DNA of 64,000 nucleotides from Eledone cirrhosa (lineage: Eukaryota), in NCBI GenBank assembly GCA_964016885.1, contig OZ024743.1, positions 333,250,001-333,314,000 of the forward strand, written 5' to 3'. A program made the position numbers and the translations under genes. Shown piece by piece: positions 1-14,775 of the stretch (position 1 is the first letter of the stretch; each line of letters starts with the position of its first letter). The notes under the pieces were generated by a model. That model did not search any database and was not told where the DNA came from. It saw only the letters and a program-made list of their open reading frames with translations.

Positions 1-3000
1 CCTTTAAAACCTCCATAGAACATACTACCTGCATCAGTTGTTAGCTGTCGAGACACTGCATCCTTTAAAACCTCCATGGAACAAACTACCTGCATCAGTT
101 GTTAGCTGTCGAGACACTGCATCCTTTAAAACCTCCATGGAACAAACTACCTACATCAGTAGTTAGCTGTCGAGACACTGCATCCTTTAAAACCTCCATG
201 GAACAAACTGCCTGTATCAGTTGTTAGCTGTCGAGACACTGCATCCTTTAAAACCTCCATGGAACAATCTACCTACATCAGTTGTTAGCTGTCGAGACAC
301 TGCATCCTTTAAAACCTCCATGGAACAAACTACCTGCATCAGTTGTTAGCTGTCGAGACACTGCATCCTTTAAAACCTCCATGGAACAAACTACCTGCAT
401 CAGTTGTTAGCTGTCGAGACACTGCATCCTTTAAAACCTCCATGGAACAAACTACCTGCATCAGTTGTTAGCTGTCGAGACACTGCATCCTTTAAAACCT
501 CCATGGATCAAACTACCTGCAACAGTTGCTAGCTATCGAGACACTGCACCCTTTAAAACCTCCATGGAACAAACTACCTACATCAGTTGTTAGCTGTCGA
601 GACACTGCATCCTTTAAAACCTCCATGGAACAAACTACCTACATCAGTTGTTAGCTGTCGAGACACTGCATCCTTTAAAACCTCCATGGAACAAACTACC
701 TACATCAGTTGTTAGCTGTCGAGACACTGCTTCCTTTAAAACCTCCATAGAACAAACTACCTGCATCAGTTGTTAGCTGTCGAGACACTGCATCCTTTAA
801 AACCTCCATGGAACAAACTACCTGAATCAGTTGTTAGCTGTCGAGACACTGCATCCTTTAAAACCTCCATGGAACAAACTACCTGCATCAGTTGTTAGCT
901 GTCGAGACACTGCATCCTTTAAAACCTCCATGGAACAAACTACCTACATCAGTTGTTAGCTGTCGAGACACTGCTTCCTTTAAAACCTCCATGGAACAAA
1001 CTACCTGCATCAGTTGTTAGCTGTCGAGACATAGCATCCTTTAAAACCTCCATGGAACAACCTACCTGAATCAGTTGTTAGCTGTCGAGACACTGCATCC
1101 TTTAAAACCTCCATGGAACAAACTACCTGCATCAGTTGTTAGCTGTCGAGACACTGCATCCTTTAAAACCTCCATGGAACAAACTACCTGCATCAGTTGT
1201 TAGCTGTCGAGACACTGCATCCTTTAAAACCTCCATGGAACAAACTACCTACATCAGTAGTTAGCTGTCGAGACACTGCATCCTTTAAAACCTCCATGGA
1301 ACAAACTACCTGTATCAGTTGTTAGCTGTCGAGACACTGCATCCTTTAAAACCTCCATGGAACAAACTACCTACATCAGTTGTTAGCTGTCGAGACACTG
1401 CATCCTTTAAAACCTCCATGGAACAAACTACCTGCATCAGTTGTTAGCTGTCGAGACACTGCATCCTTTAAAACCTCCATGGAACAAACTACCTGCATCA
1501 GTTGTTAGCTGTCGAGACACTGCATCCTTTAAAACCTCCATGGAACAAACTACCTGCATCAGTTGTTAGCTGTCGAGACACTGCATCCTTTAAAACCTCC
1601 ATGGATCAAACTACCTACATCAGTAGTTAGCTGTCGAGACACTGCATCCTTTAAAACCTCCATGGAACAAACTGCCTGTATCAGTTGCTAGCTATCGAGA
1701 CACTGCACCCTTTAAAACCTCCATGGAACAAACTACCTACATCAGTTGTTAGCTGTCGAGACACTGCATCCTTTAAAACCTCCATGGAACAAACTACCTA
1801 CATCAGTTGTTAGCTGTCGAGACACTGCATCCTTTAAAACCTCCATGGAACAAACTACCTACATCAGTTGTTAGCTGTCGAGACACTGCTTCCTTTAAAA
1901 CCTCCATAGAACAAACTACCTGCATCAGTTGTTAGCTGTCGAGACACTGCATCCTTTAAAACCTCCATGGAACAAACTACCTGAATCAGTTGTTAGCTGT
2001 CGAGACACTGCATCCTTTAAAACCTCCATGGAACAAACTACCTGCATCAGTTGTTAGCTGTCGAGACACTGCATCCTTTAAAACCTCCATGGAACAAACT
2101 ACCTACATCAGTTGTTAGCTGTCGAGACACTGCTTCCTTTAAAACCTCCATGGAACAAACTACCTGCATCAGTTGTTAGCTGTCGAGACATAGCATCCTT
2201 TAAAACCTCCATGGAACAACCTACCTGCATCAGTTGTTAGCTGTCGAGACACTGCATCCTTTAAAACCTCCATGGAACAAACTACCTGCATCAGTTGTTA
2301 GCTGTCGAGACACTGCATCCTTTAAAACCTCCATGGAACAAACTACCTACATCAGTAGTTAGCTGTCGAGACACTGCATCCTTTAAAACCTCCATGGAAC
2401 AAACTACCTGTATCAGTTGTTAGCTGTCGAGACACTGCATCCTTTAAAACCTCCATGGAACAAACTACCTACATCAGTTGTTAGCTGTCGAGACACTGCA
2501 TCCTTTAAAACCTCCATGGAACAAACTACCTGCATCAGTTGTTAGCTGTCGAGACACTGCATCCTTTAAAACCTCCATGGATCAAACTACCTACATCAGT
2601 AGTTAGCTGTCGAGACACTGCATCCTTTAAAACCTCCATGGAACAAACTGCCTGTATCAGTTGTTAGCTGTCGAGACACTGCATCCTTTAAAACCTCCAT
2701 GGAACAAACTACCTACATCAGTTGTTAGCTGTCGAGACACTGCATCCTTTAAAACCTCCATGGAACAAACTACCTGCATCAGTTGTTAGCTGTCGAGACA
2801 CTGCATCCTTTAAAACCTCCATGGAACAAACTACCTGCATCAGTTGTTAGCTGTCGAGACACTGCATCCTTTAAAACCTCCATGGAACAAACTACCTGCA
2901 TCAGTTGTTAGCTGTCGAAACACTGCATCCTTTAAAACCTCCATGGAACAAACTACCTGAATCAGTTGTTAGCTGTCGAGACACTGCATCCTTTAAAACC

Positions 3001-6000
3001 TCCATGGAACAAACTACCTGCATCAGTTGTTAGCTGTCGAGACACTGCATCCTTTAAAACCTCCATGGAACAAACTACCTACATCAGTAGTTAGCTGTCG
3101 AGACACTGCATCCTTTAAAACCTCCATGGAACAAACTGCCTGTATCAGTTGTTAGCTGTCGAGACACTGCATCCTTTAAAACCTCCATGGAACAAACTAC
3201 CTGCATCAGTTGTTAGCTGTCGAGACACTGTATCCTTTAAAACCTCCATGGAACAAACTACCTGCATCAGTTGTTAGCTGTCATGACACTGCATCCTTTA
3301 AAACCTCCATGGAACAAACTACCTGCATCAGTTGTTAGCTGTCAAGACACTGCATCCTTTAAAACCTCCATGGAACAAACTACCTGCATCAGTTGTTAGT
3401 TGTCCGGACACTGCATCCTTTAAAACCTCCATGGAACAAACTACCTGCATCAGTTGTTAGCTGTCGAGACACTGCATCTTTTAAAACCTCCATGGAACAA
3501 ACTACCTGCATCAGCTGTTAGCTATCGAGACACTGCATCCTTTAAAACCTCCATAGAACATACTACCTGCAACAGTTGTTAGCTGTCAGGACACTACATC
3601 CTTTAAAACCTCCATGGAACAAACTACCTGCATCAGTTGTTAGCTGTCAGGACACTGCATCCTTTAAAACCTCCATGGAACAAACTACCTGCATCAGTTG
3701 TTAGCTGTCGAGACACTGCTTCCTTTAAAACCTCCATAGAACAAACTACCTGCATCAGTTGTTAGCTGTCGAGACACTGCATCCTTTAAAACCTCCATGG
3801 AACAAACTACCTGCATCAGTTGTTAGCTGTCGAGACACTGCATCCTTTAAAACCTCCATGGATCAAACTACCTGCAACAGTTGCTAGCTGTCGAGACACT
3901 GCATCCTTTAAAACCTCCATGGAACAAACTACCTGCATCAGTTGCTAGCTGTCGAGACACTGCATCCTTTAAAACCTCCATGGAACAAACTACCTACATC
4001 AGTTGGTAGCTGTCGAGACACTGCATCCTTTAAAACCTCCATGGAACAAACTACCTACATCAGTTGTTAGCTGTCGAGACACTGCTTCCTTTAAAACCTC
4101 CATGGAACAAACTACCTGCATCAGTTGTTAGCTGTCGAGACACTGCATCCTTTAAAACCTCCATGGAACAAATTACCTGCATCAGTTGTTAGCTGTCGAG
4201 ACACTGTATCCTTTAAAACCTCCATGGAACAAACTACCTGCATCAGTTGTTAGCTGTCATGACACTGCATCCTTTAAAACCTCCATGGAACAAACTACCT
4301 GCATCAGTTGTTAGCTGTCAAGACACTGCATCCTTTAAAACCTCCATGGAACAAACTACCTGCATCAGTTGTTAGTTGTCCGGACACTGCATCCTTTAAA
4401 ACCTCCATGGAACAAACTACCTGCATCAGTTGTTAGCTGTCGAGACACTGCATCTTTTAAAACCTCCATGGAACAAACTACCTGCATCAGCTGTTAGCTA
4501 TCGAGACACTGCATCCTTTAAAACCTCCATAGAACATACTACCTGCATCAGTTGTTAGCTGTCAGGACACTGCATCCTTTAAAACCTCCATGGAACAAAC
4601 TACCTGCATCAGTTGTTAGCTGTCAGGACACTGCATCCTTTAAAACCTCCATGGAACAAACTACCTGCATCAGTTGTTAGCTGTCGAGACACTGCATCCT
4701 TTAAAACCTCCATGGAACAAACTACCTGCATCAGTTGTTAGCTGTCGAGACACTGCATCCTTTAAAACCTCCATGGAACAAACTACCTGCATCAGTTGTT
4801 AGCTGTCGAAACACTGCATCCTTTAAAACCTCCATGGAACAAACTACCTGAATCAGTTGTTAGCTGTCGAGACACTGCATCCTTTAAAACCTCCATGGAA
4901 CAAACTACCTGCATCAGTTGTTAGCTGTCGAGACACTGCATCCTTTAAAACCTCCATGGAACAAACTACCTACATCAGTAGTTAGCTGTCGGGACTGTCA
5001 AGACACTGCATCCTTTAAAACCTCCATGGAACAAACTACCTGCATCAGTTGTTAGTTGTCCGGACACTGCATCCTTTAAAACCTCCATGGAACAAACTAC
5101 CTGCATCAGCTGTTAGCTATCGAGACACTGCATCCTTTAAAACCTCCATAGAACATACTACCTGCATCAGTTGTTAGCTGTCAGGACACTGCATCCTTTA
5201 AAACCTCCATGGAACAAACTACCTGCATCAGTTGTTAGCTGTCAGGACACTGCATCCTTTAAAACCTCCATGGAACAAACTACCTGCATCAGTCGTTAGC
5301 TGTCGAGACACTGCATCCTTTAAAACCTCCATGGAACAAACTACCTGCATCAGTTGTTAGCTGTCGAAACACTGCATCCTTTAAAACCTCCATGGAACAA
5401 ACTACCTGAATCAGTTGTTAGCTGTCGAGACACTGCATCCTTTAAAACCTCCATGGAACAAACTACCTGCATCAGTTGTTAGCTGTCGAGACACTGCATC
5501 CTTTAAAACCTCCATGGAACAAACTACCTACATCAGTAGTTAGCTGTCGAGACACTGCATCCTTTAAAACCTCCATGGAACAAACTGCCTGTATCAGTTG
5601 TTAGCTGTCGAGACACTGCATCCTTTAAAACCTCCATGGAACAAACTACCTGCATCAGTTGTTAGCTGTCGAGACACTGTATCCTTTAAAACCTCCATGG
5701 AACAAACTACCTGCATCAGTTGTTAGCTGTCATGACACTGCATCCTTTAAAACCTCCATGGAACAAACTACCTGCATCAGTTGTTAGCTGTCAAGACACT
5801 GCATCCTTTAAAACCTCCATGGAACAAACTACCTGCATCAGTTGTTAGTTGTCTGGACACTGCATCCTTTAAAACCTCCATGGAACAAACTACCTGCATC
5901 AGTTGTTAGCTGTCGAGACACTGCATCTTTTAAAACCTCCATGGAACAAACTACCTGCATCAGCTGTTAGCTATCGAGACACTGCATCCTTTAAAACCTC

Positions 6001-9000
6001 CATAGAACATACTACCTGCATCAGTTGTTAGCTGTCAGGACACTACATCCTTTAAAACCTCCATGGAACAAACTACCTACATCAGTTGTTAGCTGTCAGG
6101 ACACTGCATCCTTTAAAACCTCCATGGAACAAACTACCTGCATCAGTTGTTAGCTGTCGAGACACTGCATCCTTTAAAACCTCCATGGAACAAACTACCT
6201 GCATCAGTTGTTAGCTGTCGAGACACTGCATCCTTTAAAACCTCCATGGAACAAACTACCTGCATCAGTTGTTAGCTGTCGAAACACTGCATCCTTTAAA
6301 ACCTCCATGGAACAAACTACCTGAATCAGTTGTTAGCTGTCGAGACACTGCATCCTTTAAAACCTCCATGGAACAAACTACCTGCATCAGTTGTTAGCTG
6401 TCGAGACACTGCATCCTTTAAAACCTCCATGGAACAAACTACCTACATCAGTAGTTAGCTGTCGAGACACTGCATCCTTTAAAACCTCCATGGAACAAAC
6501 TGCCTGTATCAGTTGTTAGCTGTCGAGACACTGCATCCTTTAAAACCTCCATGGAACAATCTACCTACATCAGTTGTTAGCTGTCGAGACACTGCATCCT
6601 TTAAAACCTCCATGGAACAAACTACCTGCATCAGTTGTTAGCTGTCGAGACACTGCATCCTTTAAAACCTCCATGGAACAAACTACCTGCATCAGTTGTT
6701 AGCTGTCGAGACACTGCATCCTTTAAAACCTCCATGGAACAAACTACCTGCATCAGTTGTTAGCTGTCGAGACACTGCATCCTTTAAAACCTCCATGGAT
6801 CAAACTACCTGCAACAGTTGCTAGCTATCGAGACACTGCACCCTTTAAAACCTCCATGGAACAAACTACCTACATCAGTTGTTAGCTGTCGAGACACTGC
6901 ATCCTTTAAAACCTCCATGGAACAAACTACCTACATCAGTTGTTAGCTGTCGAGACACTGCATCCTTTAAAACCTCCATGGAACAAACTACCTACATCAG
7001 TTGTTAGCTGTCGAGACACTGCTTCCTTTAAAACCTCCATAGAACAAACTACCTGCATCAGTTGTTAGCTGTCGAGACACTGCATCCTTTAAAACCTCCA
7101 TGGAACAAACTACCTGAATCAGTTGTTAGCTGTCGAGACACTGCATCCTTTAAAACCTCCATGGAACAAACTACCTGCATCAGTTGTTAGCTGTCGAGAC
7201 ACTGCATCCTTTAAAACCTCCATGGAACAAACTACCTACATCAGTTGTTAGCTGTCGAGACACTGCTTCCTTTAAAACCTCCATGGAACAAACTACCTGC
7301 ATCAGTTGTTAGCTGTCGAGACATAGCATCCTTTAAAACCTCCATGGAACAACCTACCTGAATCAGTTGTTAGCTGTCGAGACACTGCATCCTTTAAAAC
7401 CTCCATGGAACAAACTACCTGCATCAGTTGTTAGCTGTCGAGACACTGCATCCTTTAAAACCTCCATGGAACAAACTACCTGCATCAGTTGTTAGCTGTC
7501 GAGACACTGCATCCTTTAAAACCTCCATGGAACAAACTACCTACATCAGTAGTTAGCTGTCGAGACACTGCATCCTTTAAAACCTCCATGGAACAAACTA
7601 CCTGTATCAGTTGTTAGCTGTCGAGACACTGCATCCTTTAAAACCTCCATGGAACAAACTACCTACATCAGTTGTTAGCTGTCGAGACACTGCATCCTTT
7701 AAAACCTCCATGGAACAAACTACCTGCATCAGTTGTTAGCTGTCGAGACACTGCATCCTTTAAAACCTCCATGGAACAAACTACCTGCATCAGTTGTTAG
7801 CTGTCGAGACACTGCATCCTTTAAAACCTCCATGGAACAAACTACCTGCATCAGTTGTTAGCTGTCGAGACACTGCATCCTTTAAAACCTCCATGGATCA
7901 AACTACCTACATCAGTAGTTAGCTGTCGAGACACTGCATCCTTTAAAACCTCCATGGAACAAACTGCCTGTATCAGTTGCTAGCTATCGAGACACTGCAC
8001 CCTTTAAAACCTCCATGGAACAAACTACCTACATCAGTTGTTAGCTGTCGAGACACTGCATCCTTTAAAACCTCCATGGAACAAACTACCTACATCAGTT
8101 GTTAGCTGTCGAGACACTGCATCCTTTAAAACCTCCATGGAACAAACTACCTACATCAGTTGATAGCTGTCGAGACACTGCTTCCTTTAAAACCTCCATA
8201 GAACAAACTACCTGCATCAGTTGTTAGCTGTCGAGACACTGCATCCTTTAAAACCTCCATGGAACAAACTACCTGAATCAGTTGTTAGCTGTCGAGACAC
8301 TGCATCCTTTAAAACCTCCATGGAACAAACTACCTGCATCAGTTGTTAGCTGTCGAGACACTGCATCCTTTAAAACCTCCATGGAACAAACTACCTACAT
8401 CAGTTGTTAGCTGTCGAGACACTGCTTCCTTTAAAACCTCCATGGAACAAACTACCTGCATCAGTTGTTAGCTGTCGAGACATAGCATCCTTTAAAACCT
8501 CCATGGAACAACCTACCTGCATCAGTTGTTAGCTGTCGAGACACTGCATCCTTTAAAACCTCCATGGAACAAACTACCTGCATCAGTTGTTAGCTGTCGA
8601 GACACTGCATCCTTTAAAACCTCCATGGAACAAACTACCTACATCAGTAGTTAGCTGTCGAGACACTGCATCCTTTAAAACCTCCATGGAACAAACTACC
8701 TGTATCAGTTGTTAGCTGTCGAGACACTGCATCCTTTAAAACCTCCATGGAACAAACTACCTACATCAGTTGTTAGCTGTCGAGACACTGCATCCTTTAA
8801 AACCTCCATGGAACAAACTACCTGCATCAGTTGTTAGCTGTCGAGACACTGCATCCTTTAAAACCTCCATGGATCAAACTACCTACATCAGTAGTTAGCT
8901 GTCGAGACACTGCATCCTTTAAAACCTCCATGGAACAAACTGCCTGTATCAGTTGTTAGCTGTCGAGACACTGCATCCTTTAAAACCTCCATGGAACAAA

Positions 9001-12000
9001 CTACCTACATCAGTTGTTAGCTGTCGAGACACTGCATCCTTTAAAACCTCCATGGAACAAACTACCTGCATCAGTTGTTAGCTGTCGAGACACTGCATCC
9101 TTTAAAACCTCCATGGAACAAACTACCTGCATCAGTTGTTAGCTGTCGAGACACTGCATCCTTTAAAACCTCCATGGAACAAACTACCTGCATCAGTTGT
9201 TAGCTGTCGAAACACTGCATCCTTTAAAACCTCCATGGAACAAACTACCTGAATCAGTTGTTAGCTGTCGAGACACTGCATCCTTTAAAACCTCCATGGA
9301 ACAAACTACCTGCATCAGTTGTTAGCTGTCGAGACACTGCATCCTTTAAAACCTCCATGGAACAAACTACCTACATCAGTAGTTAGCTGTCGAGACACTG
9401 CATCCTTTAAAACCTCCATGGAACAAACTGCCTGTATCAGTTGTTAGCTGTCGAGACACTGCATCCTTTAAAACCTCCATGGAACAATCTACCTACATCA
9501 GTTGTTAGCTGTCGAGACACTGCATCCTTTAAAACCTCCATGGAACAAACTACCTGCATCAGTTGTTAGCTGTCGAGACACTGCATCCTTTAAAACCTCC
9601 ATGGAACAAACTACCTGCATCAGTTGTTAGCTGTCGAGACACTGCATCCTTTAAAACCTCCATGGAACAAACTACCTGCATCAGTTGTTAGCTGTCGAGA
9701 CACTGCATCCTTTAAAACCTCCATGGATCAAACTACCTGCAACAGTTGCTAGCTATCGAGACACTGCACCCTTTAAAACCTCCATGGAACAAACTACCTA
9801 CATCAGTTGTTAGCTGTCGAGACACTGCATCCTTTAAAACCTCCATGGAACAAACTACCTACATCAGTTGTTAGCTGTCGAGACACTGCATCCTTTAAAA
9901 CCTCCATGGAACAAACTGCCTGTATCAGTTGTTAGCTGTCGAGACACTGCTTCCTTTAAAACCTCCATAGAACAAACTACCTGCATCAGTTGTTAGCTGT
10001 CGAGACACTGCATCCTTTAAAACCTCCATGGAACAAACTACCTGAATCAGTTGTTAGCTGTCGAGACACTGCATCCTTTAAAACCTCCATGGAACAAACT
10101 ACCTGCATCAGTTGTTAGCTGTCGAGACACTGCATCCTTTAAAACCTCCATGGAACAAACTACCTACATCAGTTGTTAGCTGTCGAGACACTGCTTCCTT
10201 TAAAACCTCCATGGAACAAACTACCTGCATCAGTTGTTAGCTGTCGAGACATAGCATCCTTTAAAACCTCCATGGAACAACCTACCTGAATCAGTTGTTA
10301 GCTGTCGAGACACTGCATCCTTTAAAACCTCCATGGAACAAACTACCTGCATCAGTTGTTAGCTGTCGAGACACTGCATCCTTTAAAACCTCCATGGAAC
10401 AAACTACCTGCATCAGTTGTTAGCTGTCGAGACACTGCATCCTTTAAAACCTCCATGGAACAAACTACCTACATCAGTAGTTAGCTGTCGAGACACTGCA
10501 TCCTTTAAAACCTCCATGGAACAAACTACCTGTATCAGTTGTTAGCTGTCGAGACACTGCATCCTTTAAAACCTCCATGGAACAAACTACCTACATCAGT
10601 TGTTAGCTGTCGAGACACTGCATCCTTTAAAACCTCCATGGAACAAACTACCTGCATCAGTTGTTAGCTGTCGAGACACTGCATCCTTTAAAACCTCCAT
10701 GGAACAAACTACCTGCATCAGTTGTTAGCTGTCGAGACACTGCATCCTTTAAAACCTCCATGGAACAAACTACCTGCATCAGTTGTTAGCTGTCGAGACA
10801 CTGCATCCTTTAAAACCTCCATGGATCAAACTACCTACATCAGTAGTTAGCTGTCGAGACACTGCATCCTTTAAAACCTCCATGGAACAAACTGCCTGTA
10901 TCAGTTGCTAGCTATCGAGACACTGCACCCTTTAAAACCTCCATGGAACAAACTACCTACATCAGTTGTTAGCTGTCGAGACACTGCATCCTTTAAAACC
11001 TCCATGGAACAAACTACCTACATCAGTTGTTAGCTGTCGAGACACTGCATCCTTTAAAACCTCCATGGAACAAACTACCTACATCAGTTGTTAGCTGTCG
11101 AGACACTGCTTCCTTTAAAACCTCCATAGAACAAACTACCTGCATCAGTTGTTAGCTGTCGAGACACTGCATCCTTTAAAACCTCCATGGAACAAACTAC
11201 CTGAATCAGTTGTTAGCTGTCGAGACACTGCATCCTTTAAAACCTCCATGGAACAAACTACCTGCATCAGTTGTTAGCTGTCGAGACACTGCATCCTTTA
11301 AAACCTCCATGGAACAAACTACCTACATCAGTTGTTAGCTGTCGAGACACTGCTTCCTTTAAAACCTCCATGGAACAAACTACCTGCATCAGTTGTTAGC
11401 TGTCGAGACATAGCATCCTTTAAAACCTCCATGGAACAACCTACCTGCATCAGTTGTTAGCTGTCGAGACACTGCATCCTTTAAAACCTCCATGGAACAA
11501 ACTACCTGCATCAGTTGTTAGCTGTCGAGACACTGCATCCTTTAAAACCTCCATGGAACAAACTACCTACATCAGTAGTTAGCTGTCGAGACACTGCATC
11601 CTTTAAAACCTCCATGGAACAAACTACCTGTATCAGTTGTTAGCTGTCGAGACACTGCATCCTTTAAAACCTCCATGGAACAAACTACCTACATCAGTTG
11701 TTAGCTGTCGAGACACTGCATCCTTTAAAACCTCCATGGAACAAACTACCTGCATCAGTTGTTAGCTGTCGAGACACTGCATCCTTTAAAACCTCCATGG
11801 AACAAACTACCTGCATCAGTTGTTAGCTGTCGAGACACTGCATCCTTTAAAACCTCCATGGAACAAACTACCTGCATCAGTTGTTAGCTGTCGAGACACT
11901 GCATCCTTTAAAACCTCCATGGATCAAACTACCTACATCAGTAGTTAGCTGTCGAGACACTGCATCCTTTAAAACCTCCATGGAACAAACTGCCTGTATC

Positions 12001-14421
12001 AGTTGTTAGCTGTCGAGACACTGCATCCTTTAAAACCTCCATGGAACAAACTACCTACATCAGTTGTTAGCTGTCGAGACACTGCATCCTTTAAAACCTC
12101 CATGGAACAAACTACCTGCATCAGTTGTTAGCTGTCGAGACACTGCATCCTTTAAAACCTCCATGGAACAAACTACCTGCATCAGTTGTTAGCTGTCGAG
12201 ACACTGCATCCTTTAAAACCTCCATGGAACAAACTACCTGCATCAGTTGTTAGCTGTCGAGACACTGCATCCTTTAAAACCTCCATGGAACAAACTACCT
12301 GCATCAGTTGTTAGCTGTCGAGACACTGCATCCTTTAAAACCTCCATGGAACAAACTACCTGCATCAGTTGTTAGCTGTCGAGACACTGCATCCTTTAAA
12401 ACCTCCATGGAACAAACTACCTGCATCAGTAGTTAGCTGTCGAGACACTGCATTCTTTAAAACCTCCATGGAACAAACTACCTGCATCAGTAGTTAGCTG
12501 TCGAGACACTGCATCCTTTAAAACCTCCATGGAACAAACTGCCTGAATCAGTTGTTAGCTGTCGAGACACTGCATCCTTTAAAACCTCCATGGAACCAAC
12601 TACCTGCATCAGTTGTTAGCTGTCGAGACACTGCATCCTTTAAAACCTCCATGGAACAAACTACCTGCATCAGTTGTTAGCTGTCGAGACACTGCATCCT
12701 TTAAAACCTCCATGGAACAAACTACCTGCATCAGTTGTTAGCTGTCGAGACACTGCATCCTTTAAAACCTCCATGGAACAAACTACCTGCATCAGTAGTT
12801 AGCTGTCGAGACACTGCATTCTTTAAAACCTCCATGGAACAAACTACCTGCATCAGTAGTTAGCTGTCGAGACACTGCATCCTTTAAAACCTCCATGGAA
12901 CAAACTGCCTGTATCAGTTGTTAGCTGTCGAGACACTGCATCCTTTAAAACCTCCATGGAACAAACTACCTCCATCAGTTGTTAGCTGTCGAGACACTGC
13001 ATCCTTTAAAACCTCCATGGAACAAACTACCTGCATCAGTTGTTAGCTGTCGAGACACTGCATCCTTTAAAACCTCCATGGAACAAACTACCTGCATCAG
13101 TTGTTAGCTGTCGAGACACTGCATCCTTTAAAACCTCCATGGAACAAACTACCTGCATCAGTTGTTAGCTGTCGAGACACTGCTTCCTTTAAAACCTCCA
13201 TGGAACAAACTACCTGCATCAGTTGTTAGCTGTCGAGACACTGCATCCTTTGAAACCTCCATGGAACAAACTACCTGCATCAGTTGTTAGCTGTCGAGAC
13301 ACTGCATCCTTTAAAACCTCCATGGAACAAACTACCTGCATCAGTTGTTAGCTGTCGTGACACTGCATCCTTTAAAACCTCCATGGAACAAACTACCTGC
13401 ATCAGTTGTTAGCTGTCGAGACACTGCATCCTTTTAAACCTCCATGGATCAAACTACCTGCAACAGTTGCTAGCTGTCGAGACACTGCATCCTTTAAAAC
13501 CTCCATGGAACAAACTACCTGCATCAGTTGTTAGCTGTTGAGACACTGCATCTTTGAAACCTCCATGGAACAAACTACCTGCATCAGTAGTTAGCTGTCA
13601 GGACACTGCATTCTTTAAAACCTCCATGGAACAAACTACCTGCATCAGTTGTTAGCTGTCAGGACACTGCATCCTTTAAAACCTCCATGAAACAAACTAC
13701 CTGCATCAGTTGTTAGCTGTCGAGACACTGCATCCCTTAAAACCTCCATGGAACAAACTACCTGCATCAGTTGTTAGCTGTCAGGACACTGCATCCTTTA
13801 AAACCTCCATAGAACAAACTACCTGCATCAGTTGTTAGCTGTCGAGACACTGCATCCTTTAAAACCTCCATGGAACAAACTACCTGCATCAGTTGTTAGC
13901 TGTCGAGACACTGCATCCTTTAAAACCTCCATGGATCAAACTACCTGCAACAGTTGCTAGCTGTCGAGACACTGCATCCTTTAAAACCTCCATGGAACAA
14001 ACTACCTGCATCAGTTGTTAGCTGTCAGGACACTGCATCCTTTAAAACCTCCATGGAACAAACTACCTGCACTAGTTGTTAGCTGTCAGGACACTGCATC
14101 CTTTAAAACCTCCATGGAACAAACTACCTACATCAGTTGTTAGCTGTCAGGACACTGCATCCTTTAAAACCCCCATGGAACAAACTACCTGCATCAGTTG
14201 TTAGCTGTCAGGACACTGCATCCTTTAAAACCTCCATGGAACAAACTACCTGCATCAGTTGTTAGCTGTCAGGACACTGCATCCTTTAAAACCTCCATGG
14301 AACAAACTACCTACATCAGTTGTTAGCTGTCAGGACACTGCATCCTTTAAAACCTCCATGGAACAAACTACCTGCATCAGTTGTTAGCTGTCGAGACACT
14401 GCATCCTTTAAAACCTCCATG
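1..14421. repeat. 61-bp tandem satellite array (~236 copies, truncated by window start)
   Basis: Consensus CCTTTAAAACCTCCATGGAACAAACTACCTGCATCAGTTGTTAGCTGTCGAGACACTGCAT. The register recurs at 1, 62 and 3661 (60x61 later). There is a 9-bp insertion at 4991-4999 and a 1-bp deletion near 13552. The array ends abruptly at CCTCCATG (14421). Stops recur in every frame on both strands. Confidence 0.98.
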
Positions 14422-14609
14422 CTCCCCGAAATTCACCAACACTACACCTGATATTCCCCCTCCATACACACACATGCATGTATCTGTGTACATCATGACT
14501 CATATTCTGTTCACTTTCCTGACATTTGTACATTATTCTATGCACTATACATACACTTTTGATGAGTTGTAGTGCACCAGAGCACTGTACACAATAATTT
14601 TTATTATTT

Positions 14610-14775
14610 TTATGATGATAGTTGTGATGAAGGTGGAAATGCTCATGGTGATGATGATGATGATAGTTGTGATAAAGGTGGAAATACTCTTGGTGATGAT
14701 GATAGTTGTGATGAAGGTGATGATGATGATAGTTGTGATGAAGGTGGAAATGTTCATGGTGATGATGATGATGAC
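14610..14775. repeat. (GAT)n-rich low-complexity short tandem repeat
   Basis: Repeated GATGATAGTTGTGATGAAGGTG(GAAAT) units with GAT runs. These explain the overlapping low-complexity ORFs at 14545-14833. Confidence 0.85.

Noticed and set aside
1-14421. CRISPR array or repeat-protein CDS
   Set aside because: There are no unique spacers and no cas genes, the context is eukaryotic, and TAG/TAA stops recur in every frame, so UGA recoding would not open it.
1-14421. Minus-strand micro-exon array (AAAG|34 nt|GTAGTT with 27-nt introns)
   Set aside because: The introns are too short for metazoan splicing and the exon length does not preserve frame.
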